A DNA stretch of 64,000 nt, from NCBI GenBank assembly GCA_964187785.1, contig OZ076409.1, positions 58,158,001 through 58,222,000 on the forward strand, given 5' to 3'. Positions 25,215-37,895 of the stretch are shown in pieces. Made by a program: the position numbers and the translations under genes. Each line of letters opens with the position of its first letter. Within the stretch, counting starts at the first letter, position 1. Under the pieces are notes generated by a model. That model saw only the letters and a list, made by a program, of their open reading frames with translations, did not search any database and was not told where the DNA came from. This DNA is from Amphiscolops sp. MND2022. Its lineage: Eukaryota.

Positions 25215-26065
25215 TTTTTAGTCGGCGCTTTTCTTTAGAAAAAAGCGACTATAGTCATGGCTTTTCGTCAGTTTTTTTTTCGAAACACCTGAACTACCTA
25301 AAATAGTCCTACCAAAAGTTCTTCAATTTTTGTCATTGCCTTTTGGCCTAGTGGTTAAAGTGGTTAACGCGGATTTTCCGTCGTGGCGGCGAGGTCTAAG
25401 AAGCAATGGTACGTGGGTTCGAATCTCTCACTAAACCAACATTTTTTCCTCTTTCCAAAAGCGTCCCCCTTTAGAATTCTTTCTGCTGTGACTTTTTCGT
25501 CAAATTTTTTTATCATACCTAAACTCACTCCCTCAATTTTCAGCAGAAACAAAGCGTTTTGCCATCATAGATGGCCTATTATAGTTTTTTTGGTACTACC
25601 GAAGTTAAAAAAATTTCGAAAAAATTTCAAGTTTGTTTTGTGTAAAGGAAACATGTTTTCCGAGTCTTGAGGGTGACGTCTTTGTTACTTTTGGTCCTGT
25701 GAAACTAATGAGCTTTCTTAATGATTGTGGAAAAGGCTTTTTCGGCTCCGTGCGTCTTTTTTCTGAAACTTTCATTGGTCAAAAGGTACCCCTCGCTTTC
25801 ATAGCTGATTTTTGCAGGCTAGTTTTGCAGGCTGAAAGCTCCTTTTTCGGCACTATGAAACTTATCCGAAAAATTTCAGAAACTGATTTTTTGTGTTTCG
25901 TTGGGAAAAAGTGGTTTCCGAGTCTTGTGCGTATTTCTTGGGGTATTTTTTGGATCTGAGAAATTGATAAATGTCTAAAAGTAGTCTCGTTTGCATATTA
26001 AAGAAACAAGGTTTTCCATTTTGAACCTTGAGCGGGGCGCCGACTTTGGCCGGTCCCGGTTTGTT
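25215..26065 (+). mobile_element. HINE-like element with tRNA-like A/B boxes
   Basis: Head agtcggcgcttttctttagaaaaaagcgacta; A box tggcctagtgg at 25344; B box ggttcgaatc at 25416; tail gcgccgactttggccggtcccggtttg. Confidence 0.7.
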
Positions 26066-26578
26066 TGTAGTTGTTCAGGCTGCTGGAACTGTCTAAATTT
26101 GAAATCATGAGGTTGGAAAAATTGCGTGATTTAAACGTTTTTCTTAGCTTTTTTTTGAGAAAACCACTAAACAAAAATGGAGTTGAAAAAAAAATGAGAA
26201 ATTGATGCTTCAGGTTTTGTTTTCTCAAAAATTACCAACGCTTCTATTCTGAGCTCCGAGATCAAAGATCGAAAATTTTGTCAATTTTTGTTTAAAGTTT
26301 GTCTTTTAAAGAAAGTTATCCTGGGTATGAATATTTCAAGTCTCGCTTTTCCGTGAAAATTGAGAGCCGACTGAAAGATTTGATCTAAATAGTTTACAAT
26401 AGAATATCTTGCTATAACTTTTTTATGCCGTGGTCACATTATCTCATGATTTTTCCTCAGGGATTTTTTATAATTGAAGTAATTCCATACCCCGAAGGAG
26501 CCGTTTTTCATTACTTATCTGGTTTTCTGAAACTGCGTGTCAACAGGTGTCGAGGAAAGTTTGCGTACGCTTAAAATG

Positions 26579-26949
26579 ATTTTTAGTCGGCGCTTTTCTT
26601 TAGAAAAGAGTCGACTATAGTCATGGCTTTTCGTCAGTGTTTTTTTAAGACCACCTGAACTGACCAAAATAGTTCTACAAAAGTTCTACAAAGCATTATT
26701 GCACCAAATGGCACCATTTGGCCTAGCGAACTGAACCAAAAAGGTTTTTCCTGTTTTCCCGCGTAACATACCATACCGGGCGAGACCAGAGGGTCCCCCC
26801 TTTCAGTTTTTTTTCGGCAATGTGAGACTTTTTTTCCAAAAAAAATTCATAAAAGGGTCCCCAGCTCACCAATACTTTGACATATTGAAGTCCTTTTGCT
26901 ATTTTTGAGCCTTAGATATGGCGCCGACTTGGGTCGTTCCCGGCTTGTT
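26579..26949 (+). mobile_element. HINE-like element
   Basis: Same head and tail motifs. Confidence 0.7.
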
Positions 26950-27455
26950 GATTTTCATTCCGCGATATCTTTTCCCTCTGTTATACATGTATTTTTTCAT
27001 TCTTCAAGTAGCTTCATTTTGCGATTTAAAATTTTCCCATGTCGCCATTCTGACGTATCAACTTTGTATTAATTCTAAAAAGTTGAGTAAAGCATCTGCA
27101 TTTGCATTGCAGCTCAATTTTGAGAGTATGTTTCTCATCTGTTTTGAGCTGTCATATGCTCAACCCTAAATGGGGATTAAGCCATGCAATTTAATTTACT
27201 TTAGTGCTCTCTGGGGCTATTTTGGATGCAGACCAAGTATAATTGGGGGTGAACCGTTGACAACTCAGCCAATGCTTCACGCAATCACTTTTCATCTGCT
27301 TAAAATTTATTTGTAGACTTCGGGCTCAGAGCTCTGAGAGCACGTAGACCTAGGTCACGTGCCGTTCAACTACTATGTCTCATTCAAACGACGACGCTCT
27401 TGGAACATTTTTTCTCTCATTTTCAGTTGGTCGTGTCTTTTTAGCGCTAAAGCTG

Positions 27456-28004
27456 TTTTTAGTCGACGCGTTTTCCTTTAAGGAAAAAAGCCCAACTATT
27501 ACAGTGACTAGTTTTTTTTCAGACTATTAGACAGCAGAATGTATGCGTAGTTGACACTTTTTACAGAACTACTAAACTACTGGACCGGCAAGCGGAAACG
27601 CATCTAAGTTAGTTCTAAGAGTCCCCTTTCCTTTATTCCATTTTAAACGTAAGATACAGACCCGGACGAGACTATAGGGCCTCCTATGATTTTTTTTGAA
27701 ATTTTTTGTCTCCAAAGGGCCCCCTTCAAGTTTCTTGATATTTTGCAGCAAACTGAAGTTTCAAAATGCTCGAAAGGTCTCTCCTTTTTTAAGTTTTTCG
27801 GCACTATGAGACGAATTCTCAAAATTCTCAATTTTCGTTTTTCGAAAAATTTTGATGTCTCTAAAGGGTCCCCCTTAATTTTTTTTATATTTTGCAACAA
27901 ACTGGACTTTCAAAAAGCCCAAAGGGTCCCCACTTTTACAATTTTAAAAACTGCGCTTTTTGAGCCTTAGATAGAGCGCCGACTTTAGACGTTCCCGTCT
28001 TGTT
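27456..28004 (+). mobile_element. HINE-like element (agacg-ttcc-cgtct tail subfamily)
   Basis: Head agtcgacgcg...; tail gcgccgactttagacgttcccgtcttg. Confidence 0.7.
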
Positions 28005-29214
28005 AGTGAATCATTTGGTCATAAGACCAAACAGGGTTTCTATGAATTATTTAAAATTCTGTGGACTATGAATGCATGGTCACTGAAATTAATCAAGAGA
28101 CTATTGAACAAGAGAAGTTGAAAATTCCAAATGTGAATACTAGATCGTGTAACGTAGCCGGGAATTGCAGCAGTGGATTGTGCAGTGTAATTCTACAAGA
28201 TTCACCACAAGATTCACTCTACTGAATTTTCGAGGTTTTAATTTTAAAAAAATTACCATGCATGCAAGCCTGCAGCATGTAAAAAATTCCAGTAGTCTCG
28301 AAAAATCTACTTGAGATCGACAAAATATCTGTTAAACTTATTCCAAATTTATCTGAAGAGCTTATTATAGAATGGGACTTTTAGTGTAAAATATGAATGA
28401 GTGCTTCATAGTTGTCAGATTGACTTGTATGCTTGTTCTCACTTTGAGAGATTATCCTTATGGCTGTAATTTCCAAAGTTCCGACCATCAGTGTCAAATT
28501 GATTTTTTGCGCCCCGGTGAGATTTCACTTCATCCAGCTTTTACGTCGTCAAAGTCTTGTTGTTTTGGCTAGAACGTCAACTCCACTCAAAAGTTTTGAT
28601 TTAAAAAGGTCCCAAAACTTTCTGGGAAAGAACAGTGCCATCTTTTACGTTCAGACTTTTTTGTATAGACAGCTGAATCTTTGGTCTCAAAGCTTGTATT
28701 CTAGTTCTACAGTGGATCTAAAGGTTGATGTGGTTTTCAAAACGCATCACAGTTATGCAAAACATTCTCGCAAAACATAGTCGCTAAGGTACGATAGTGC
28801 TACTGAACTTATAAGAAGTGTCATGCAATTGAAAGAAGTTAAACATGCGTGTCGAAATAGCTGACTTTGAATGGCTGGCTATTGTCGGCATCAAAACTAA
28901 CTTATTTTAGATGATAGATTTAACAGTAATCACTTCAAATCTGAACGTTTCCACTAACTAGAATGGTAACAACCAAAAGGATGTTCTCGAACACATGGCT
29001 CCTGAGATTGTTTCTGGCAGTGAAGACGGTTTGGGAAAAGCTACTTCTTTTTACCGAAATAAACTTGAAAAATCGTTTACATTTCAATGATCAATCTCAT
29101 TTGAGGTTCACATGGTTTTTAAAAAATGCCTGTGATAAAAAAATGGTATGTAAATATCAACTTAATGTCAATTGGCTTCAAAGCTATATGTAGCTAATTA
29201 ATTCAGAAGTGAAA

Positions 29215-32200
29215 ATGAGCTCGAAATGGCAGTTGGCGAGATCTGTAGCAACGGTTGCCGGAGTATCTTTCCTAACTGGAGTTGCTCTCTATCACTCTTT
29301 TGGCCAACGGGGCAAAAGCAAAAAGAAAGTGGAGAACGACGAAACTCCTCAGATTTTCATAATGTACGCTTCTGTTGAAGGAACTTCGAGGGATTTTGCA
29401 AAGCAATTGTATGATTACCTCACATCAATAACCCAAGGTTAGGTGCAATGATTCACTTATCAATAGTAAAATACGGAGAATATTTACATTTATATTGCAA
29501 TTAGGCTCTGAGCCTTGCGTCATAACCGACACCATCAGTACCTATTTATATAACTTAACCCCTTTGAAGGTGGTCCACACAATTTAGTGGTTTCACGCTT
29601 TCACATGACATTGCGGGGCTTATCTTGTACAGTTTTGTGAAAAAATAAGACATAAAGTAAAATATGATTCAGATTAAGAACTCACAAAGCACTGAAATTC
29701 GTTGAAAATGAGCTAGACAAAAGATTTCTTGAAATTTCATGTAGTTTACAATTATGTTTCATTTTCGGAATTTCATTTTCACTTGTATTAACCTTGTGAT
29801 TGAGTTTGAGGTCTCCATTTTTGACATTTGAAGTGTTTAGACTTGATGTAACATTTGCATTTAATATACCTGAAAGATGATCGTTCACTGATCTCCATCA
29901 GAAAGTTCAAGTTTCTTCAAAACAAACTTCAGGAGACATTGAATCATCTCGGAGAATTACTTCGATACCTAATCTTAATACATGTAGAAAGAATCGATTC
30001 TCAGAGAAAGCGAAAAAAGTGTTCTATAGAGCAAGCAATACTAAGAAATCTTGAAAATAATTAGAAAATCATTAAAATTTCAATTTCAAACTATTTAAAC
30101 ACCAAAAGTTGTGATGTTGTGGATGACTACTCCCCATCCTAATACATGAGAATATCATTTTCAAACTTCGTCATATTTGCTACAGAAACGTAAAAAAATT
30201 CAAAACTAGATGAAATTCCAAGCAACTTTTGTTTTTCCGAGAAAATGCTATTTGAGTTGTTTTTGAGCAATTCTCACTTACTCAAAATTTTAAGAATATT
30301 TCTTCTATCCTGTTTCTTTTTCATAGCACTGTATTTCATCTACCGGCAACCACTGTTAGCGTTGCTTGATGATGATATAAAGAAACATGATTTAAAACGA
30401 ACGAAGCAAGCCGGGAACGGCCAAAGTTGACGCCCCGGTCAAGGTTGGACAGGAGCAAAGTTTTTTATCTATGCAGAGGAACACAATTGTGAAATCTTCA
30501 TCAAATTTACAATGCCTATAATACTCGAAGGTACAAGCTTTTGACTCTAAAAACACTTTTCCCCGACTAGAAACAAAACCATTGTAAATTTTTTCCAAAA
30601 ATCTTTTCCGGAAAAAAGTCTCATAGTGCCGAAAAAGGAACTTAAGCCCGCAAAACGCTTTTTTCAAGCTGAAAACATTTATGAAAGTCAAGGGGTACAC
30701 TTTTAACTGAACAAAAAAGTTTAACCAGGACTCCAAAAAGTGTTTGCCTCTCAGAGAATTTCACAAAATCAAAAATGGGATTTTTTACAATCTTCGATGA
30801 GTCGTATTGTGCCGAATAAAAACCGAACGTCGCCCTCTATGCTCGCAAAACGCTTTGTTCCTGCTGAAAAAAAGGATCACTTCGATTGAAGAAATTTTTG
30901 AAAAAAAAGTCGAATAATGAGATGAAGGGAGCGAAAATTCGTAATTATGCTCTCGTACGCCGAGTTATTGCGATGAAGCGAACGAGTGTTGATTATTCGT
31001 TCGCCGAGAGGCTTGCCTGCATTCAAATGCGATTGTGAAACTCCGTTGACGCTTAGTAGTTATATTTTCTTTGGTCCGAGAAGAATTGAAGGTAGTGTAA
31101 ACTGGTACAGTGATTGTACGCTATTTAATGATCAAACAGGAGCTTTTTGTTATTCCATTCCAGATATGCTTCTATTAATGAACATGAAAGTCTAAAAGCA
31201 GAAATAATACTTTAATATTGTTTTTCGAAAATTGTTTTCTTCGGAAAAAAAGTCTCAAAGTGCCGTAAAAAGAGCATGAAGCTCACCAAATTTTTGTTTC
31301 GGGTCAAGTTCGTTTATGGAAGTAAAGGGGGTACCCTTTGACTAAATGAATTTTTTTCGAAGAAAAGCCGCACTTTGTAGAAAAGGCTGTAGGTCATTTC
31401 CACAATTATTGAAAAACTCACTTCCGTTCCACAGGACCAAACAATTTCGGAAAAAGCACTGAGCGAGCCTGAAGGGCTTTTTTGGGATTATCAGCGCCAT
31501 GCAACTTTTTTGGAAATAATTTTTCAAAAGAATTTGAGCTTTTGTGATGTTTCCAGTGCAGAAAAAAAGCTGTTATCGGTAAATGAATGTAAATTAAAAT
31601 TGAACCAATGAACTTTGAAGCATATAAATTATTTTATGTAATAATAATATACTCTAGGGTACCAAAAAGCTAAAGATACATGATCTCGCTGCCCAGAAAT
31701 TTCAAATTGTAATAAACCCACATAATCAATGGACACAAAAGTCCTAGGAGCAGAACTTTCTCGAATTTCAATAGCAATTGATGATTTTTGTTTTGACATC
31801 AACTTGTGGAATTTTCCGAACATTATCATGCGATGTCTCAAAAAACGTTGTTCGTAACAAAAATGCTTGAGACTGGCTTTTTACCTTTGATTCAGATCTC
31901 TAACTTTCGAATTTAACACTTTCTGAACGCCCTCCTTAAAAATTTAAAAATCGCAAAATGGCTGTTCATTTTTTGGCTGTTCATTTTTCACGATAGTAGT
32001 TTTAGGGCCACAAAATTGATCGGAGATTTTTCTTCCAACCAAGTAGTTTTTGACACATACCGTAATAAAGTTCGGAATTTGCCAAAATTCCTCGTAGTAC
32101 CATGTGATATAACTTTTTGAATCATCATTCGATTTCAAATTAAGGAATATCATCGTAATCATCAAAGAATATCATCCTCCTGGGACTTTTTTGTCCCAAT

Positions 32201-35200
32201 GCGTATTGAAAGTTTTCGCCTGTAATATTAGCTGTCTAGGTTTAATGGTTCCATTATGTATTTCTGCCCGGGCGCGTGTCTTGGAAAATGTTTTTCTTGC
32301 AGGTTTTTCCGAGCATCATCAAAAGCGCTCAGAGCTCATATCTATTTCTAGCTCCATGTTGGATTTTTGTTTTTGCTTGTTTAGAGTTTAAAATGTCGAA
32401 AACTTGTGAAACCGAGAATTTTAATTTCAGGCGTGGAAGTGATTCTTGTAAATTTGGAGAACTTTGACCCGGAGCACCATATTCTGAAGAAATTGGGATG
32501 TGAGAATGTCTTGTGGCTGTTTATTCTACCTTCTTACGACACAGATTCCCATGCACCTCAACCAGCTGAGTGGTTTTCCTCTTGGTTAGAAGAAAGTGCC
32601 AACGATTTTAGAGTCAGTCAGTCGCTATTAACTGGAATGCTGTATGGCTTGTTTGGCGTTGGTGATTCGGCTTATGGCGACAATTTCAACTCTTTTGCGA
32701 AATCAACAGACAAAAATTTAACAACATTGAGCGCGAAGCGTTTAACAGACACCGTATATGGTGATTGGCAGAGTGATATCGCCAAAGCTTTCAACAAATG
32801 GAAGAATGAAGTTTCAGAATGCATCAGGATTTGGATTGACTCCGTATGGGTGAACGAAGTAGAAGCAAAGGAAAATGGCAAATCGGGCTCCTGTGGAACC
32901 TGTACTTCTGGGTGCAATAAGCCAAAGGGTACTTCTAAGAATGGCAAAAAACTGGGTTGGCACAAAGAGTGTAATCTTTCCTTTTCGTGAACTTAAAAAT
33001 AACAGCGCATTTTTCCTGGATACTTGTTTTTGTTTCTTAGCGTTTAGTACAGTGATTCTTTATATGCCGCCCACTTAGTTGATGGAATTTTGAGGAAACT
33101 TAATTAACCAAAAGTTTTGTAAGTCAATATTTTCGGAAACTCGCATCGACTTCGTTCCAACCAACTTCTTTGCAAATGAGCTTTTATCAATTTGAGTAGA
33201 AAAACCCCAATTTTATTCACTCTTAAGACATCTTCAATTTGTTTTTTTTTGGTGTCAACCTTAACCTTAAAGATGCGAATGGCGTAGAGAATGAACACGA
33301 GTACGAATCGTCAGACGAAGAGAACAACGTTTTAAACGATTCTTCGAACGCTGTCGACCTTGAAGACATGGGAGCGCTTCTGAAGAAAGGCTCCGAGATC
33401 CAGGAGGTCGAGGAAGGTGGAGGCGACAACGTGAAAGACATGCTAACTCCTCTCATCCGCGAGTCTTTGACAAAACAAGGATACAAATTGATCGGTTGGT
33501 AATGAATGTAATGAACGTTAATCAACAAATGATTAGACTTGAAGTGTTTCCATTTGTAGTCTTTGAATATTGGATTTAGAAACGCTTAGAAGTAATTGCT
33601 ACAGATCAAAAGTTAAGTCGTCGAATTATGGGCTGCCGGACAGAAAAATAAACTTCAATTCAACAAAACCTTGATTTTAGATTTTAGACAGTCCTCTGTG
33701 AAGAACTGTCCCTTTTGCGACCTTGCTCTGAATCCCGCAGAGCTACTGAATTCTAGGAGATTTTTGCAGATATCAGTTTTTGTATGATGTTTACAAAAGA
33801 GGTTGTAAGGGTTTTATTCAGGTTGACTTAAACTACGAGTTCAAGCTGTCTCGTTAACATTTTTATTTGGCTTTTAGTATCTTTTTAAATGGAAATCAGT
33901 GATTTTAGAATCCAAAATATTTGTAATTCTACCGCTTTCTACAACTTGTTTCTTCTGAGTTTTCGACAGTTTAACTTAAATTGAACAGTTTAATTATCTC
34001 GAATCGATTGCAGTATCAAAGAATTCGTCAAAAACACTGGTTGGAGAATACCCCCTTATGCCTATGTGGATTTCTCTGATTACGCCATTTCTAAAGCACT
34101 TAATAATATTCTTGAAAATGTCTGTACTGCTTGATTTTCCAACAAATCTTTTTTAACAAAAAATCTCTAAATTCTAAATTTAAGTCTATCGTTTAATTTG
34201 AATTTAACGGATTTAATTTTGAGGAATTCGCATTCGATATTTTTTTTCGTGCAGGTTCTCACAGTGGTGTGAAGCTATGTCGTTGGACGAAGTCCATGTT
34301 GCGAGGCAGAGGAGGGTGCTATAAGCACACATTCTATGGTATAGAGAGTCACAGGTGCATGGAGACTACTCCGAGTCTGGCATGTGCCAACAAGTGTGTG
34401 TTCTGTTGGAGACACCACACCAACCCAGTCGGCACTGAGTGGAAGTGGAAGATGGACAGTGCTGACCTCATCTTTCAGGTATCATCTTGACAAATCAATA
34501 TTTGTCTATTCTGGTGAAACTATTCAATATTTTCGTCAAATGAAGGCATCGTCATTAATTCGAGATAAGAGATATTTTATCGCGATGGATATTTTTGAAG
34601 TGTTTTTTTACAGTAATCTTCTCAAACAAGTGATGCCAAAATAGTATTTATTGGCTCTTCTTGATATTTATCTATTGTTTCCATATATAGAAATAGATTG
34701 GTGCATGTAAATTTCATACCGATCATGTCAGTATTAGAGTACATTCCTTACGTTTTTTTAAAGATTGGTGCCATTTCATTGCCATTTTGTCCACTCTATG
34801 GAATCAAAAACTCAAAGCGGCTATCAAAGTAAACAATCTAGATTGATCATCTATGACATGTTTATCGCGTTCCTCAGTGCAAAAGTGTTATTACTTTGTT
34901 TTGAACTAAATGTAAATCGAAAGTTCTTGAAAACCATGCTTGTCGCCAAGAGGGAATACCTTAATTTTGTCGAAACAGTCTGAAATATACATTCAATGGC
35001 ATGTATTGGTATATAGGCCCAAAGTGGTACAATTGGTGGAATTGAGGGACTTAAAACAATCAAACTTATTTGTTACGTTGTGTTGTTTTTCAATTTTGTA
35101 GGGGGCCCTGGAGAATCACTATGCCATGATTAAACAGTTCAAAGGTGTGCCTGGAGTGCTGCCTTCCAAATTCCAGGACGCGTTCACCGTCAAGCACTGT

Positions 35201-36514
35201 GCGTTGTCATTGGTGGGCGAGCCAATTATGTACCCGGAAATAAACAAGCTTGTGAGCATGTTGCATGACAAACAAATATCCACATTTTTGGTCACAAATG
35301 CCCAGTTCCCCGAAGCTATTACCAACTTATGTCCAGTCACACAGCTGTATGTTAGTGTAGATGCTAGTACCAAGGAGAGCCTGAAGAAAATTGATCGACC
35401 TTTGTTCAAAGATTTTTGGGAGCGCTTCATTGCATCTTTGAAAGCTCTCTCAGAAAAAGGTTATTTCGGTTTCATAAGGTTCAACGAAAATTATGTCTGA
35501 TCGAAAGGGATTGTGCACTCAGCAAGATGTTATTCAAGATGCAATTTAACTAACATCGTTAACCCTTTTCTTACATTTTTTTTGAATTTTTTGTTTTTGG
35601 AGAAAGTTATATTGATTTGTCCCCAGAGGTTTGGTGGAAAGCGGGTGATAGTTACGTTGCAATTCAACTTTAGTTCCACTGGTAGGACCTATTGTGAGCG
35701 CGATTTCCTCGTCATCGGGCTTGGAACACAAGTTTTAGACACTCAGATTTACTTATTGCAGAGTGAAGGGACAGGCCCGAGTAGAAAAATCAGGAAAACT
35801 GGCTCTTCGTTTCAAGCAATTAATTTTCAATTGTCGTTTGATTGTCAATTTTAATAAAACCATATCTGACAAATAACGTTCTTTCAATAAATTACAGTAA
35901 GTTCGTTAATTTTCCAAATTTCCACGTTTTGCCAATCCTAAACAAATATCACAAAGTACGATTATAAATGATTTTATTACTAATGATGATGAAATGTTTC
36001 CATCTTTTTAGGTCAACGGACAGTCTATCGTTTGACTCTTGTGAAGGGTTTCAATGTGGAGGAAATAAAGCAATACGCTGATTTGATTTCTTTTGGGAAT
36101 CCTGATTTCGTCGAGGTTAAGGGCGTGACCTATTGTGGTACAACCAAAAATAGTGGGAAGGCACCTCTGAGCATGTCCAATGTACCTTTCCACGAAGAGG
36201 TCATTGAATTCTGTGAACAACTGGCCGAACTCTTAACTGATCATGAAATTGCCAGTGAGCATGAACACTCGAATTGTGTCCTGATTGCTAACAAGAAGTT
36301 TAGACCCGATGGAAAAACGTGGCACACTTGGATAGATTATGAAAAATTCCATCAACTCAATGGAGAGTTTCTTCAGAGTGGCAAAATGTTTTCTTCGTCC
36401 GACTACATGGCACGCACCCCGGATTGGGCTGTTTTTGGGTGTACAGAGTGCGGCTTCGATCCTGAGGAAACTCGTTGGTTCAGGAATAAGTCCAAAAACA
36501 GTAATAATGCTTAG
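29215..36514 (+). CDS. TYW1: S-adenosyl-L-methionine-dependent tRNA 4-demethylwyosine synthase, ~684 aa
   Basis: Exons 29215-29437, 32431-32955 (alternative end 32970), 33273-33494, 34255-34478, 35102-35459, 36012-36514; phases are consistent (2055 nt). N-terminal hydrophobic anchor, flavodoxin domain (IMYASVEGTS...YGLFGVGDSAY), radical-SAM CANKCVFC, GSHSGVKLCRWTK, HCALSLVGEP, EVKGVTYCG. Confidence 0.95.
30403..31550 (-). mobile_element. Degenerate HINE-like element(s), reverse orientation (TYW1 intron 1)
   Basis: Reverse-complement tail caagccgggaacggccaaagttgacgcccc at ~30406 and body motifs aaaagtctcatagtgccgaa. The right boundary is approximate. Confidence 0.5.
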
Positions 36515-37547
36515 GTAGTTTTACAACTTAAACCTAGTCTTTTGAATTTCATTTGAGCTCTTTGGTATTAATATTTAAGGGAACCGTGATGCTCTTCATG
36601 TCAAAGTATGTGTCTTTTTTCTTACATGAATGAATGATAATTTGCTAATGCTGGGACTTTTTTCGGGGGAATTTGATTGGAATAAAATATTTTATCGAAT
36701 AATTTTCACCAAAAATTGCCAACTTAGCTACGGATTGGGTCCGTACTTGGCGATTTATTGGGACAAATTGTCAGAACTTGACATTCGCCATGTAACTCCC
36801 TGGTGTAATGTTACTAAGTTCATTTCAATCGGAACAGATGTCATAGTTTTCAACGATCAATTTGCCGTGCTTTCAATGGTAATTCAATGGAATTTGGAAC
36901 CATTGATTTTGTGATAGCCTCAAGGCAATTGAGATGACACGACATTACAAGGAAGAGTAGGGGGTGGGATTTACTTCAATGAAAATTGCACAGAACTCTA
37001 ATTTTGGGACACATCGTCGCCTGACAGCTGAATTTGGCGCTGTCTAAAATTTTGTTCTGCAGGTTAACAATTGAGGCTAAATTGCACTCGGAACATTTTC
37101 AATCAATCTCAAAAAAATGAAATTGTTGGCTGATCCCGTGAGCCTAATTGATTTTCAGAGCTGATTTGCCATGTAACCTTAGTTCGACCTTTGAGGTCTC
37201 GTACGTTTGTTCAATTTTTGGTGAGTGAAAAAAGCTGAAACAAGAGATTGTTGAAATCTTCCAGTTCAATTTTGAAATGTTTGACTTTTCTCGCTAATTG
37301 ATGGTTTTGTAGTGTGTTAGGAATAGCGGAGCTGATGTAAAACGTTGGTTTATTTCGACATTCTTAAAATTTCTCTGTCCAAGCAAAAAGTATCCGCGAC
37401 CAAGTGTTCACAATATTTCGTGAACTGGAATGTTTTGAAGGATCCGGGACAAAACAGCAGATTTTAAAACGAGACGAAACAGCCGATTTTCAAAACGGAA
37501 CAAAATGAGTGCTGTTACAGCCAATATGCATGGAACTTGATTTATTT

Positions 37548-37700
37548 GAAGAGGTTCATATTTGTTGTATGGCTCGGTCGTTTCGCTCCCTTCGCCAAGT
37601 AGCAACATTGAGGCATGGCCATATGGCACGTCGCTCCGCTTCGCGTCGCTCCTGCATTTAGGGCACTAGGGGTATGTGAACATAGCTGACTACGTCATAA
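37548..37700 (-). repeat. ~150-bp dispersed repeat, reverse copy, between inverted subrepeat arms (37445-37510 and 37735-37851)
   Basis: Reverse complement of 10991-11135. The arms carry acaaaacagc(c)gatttt motifs in opposite orientations. Confidence 0.8.
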
Positions 37701-37895
37701 TAATTTTATTGATTGCTAATCTTATGCATTGACAAAATCGGCGATTTTGTACTGTTTTAAAATTAGCTGTTTTGTCCTATTTTGAAAATCGGCTGTTTTG
37801 CCCCGTTTAAAATCGGTTATTTTGTCCCGCTCCCGTTTTGAAACTGGCCCTGATGTTGTTTACAAATCACGTATCATTCACGGAAGCTATAACCG

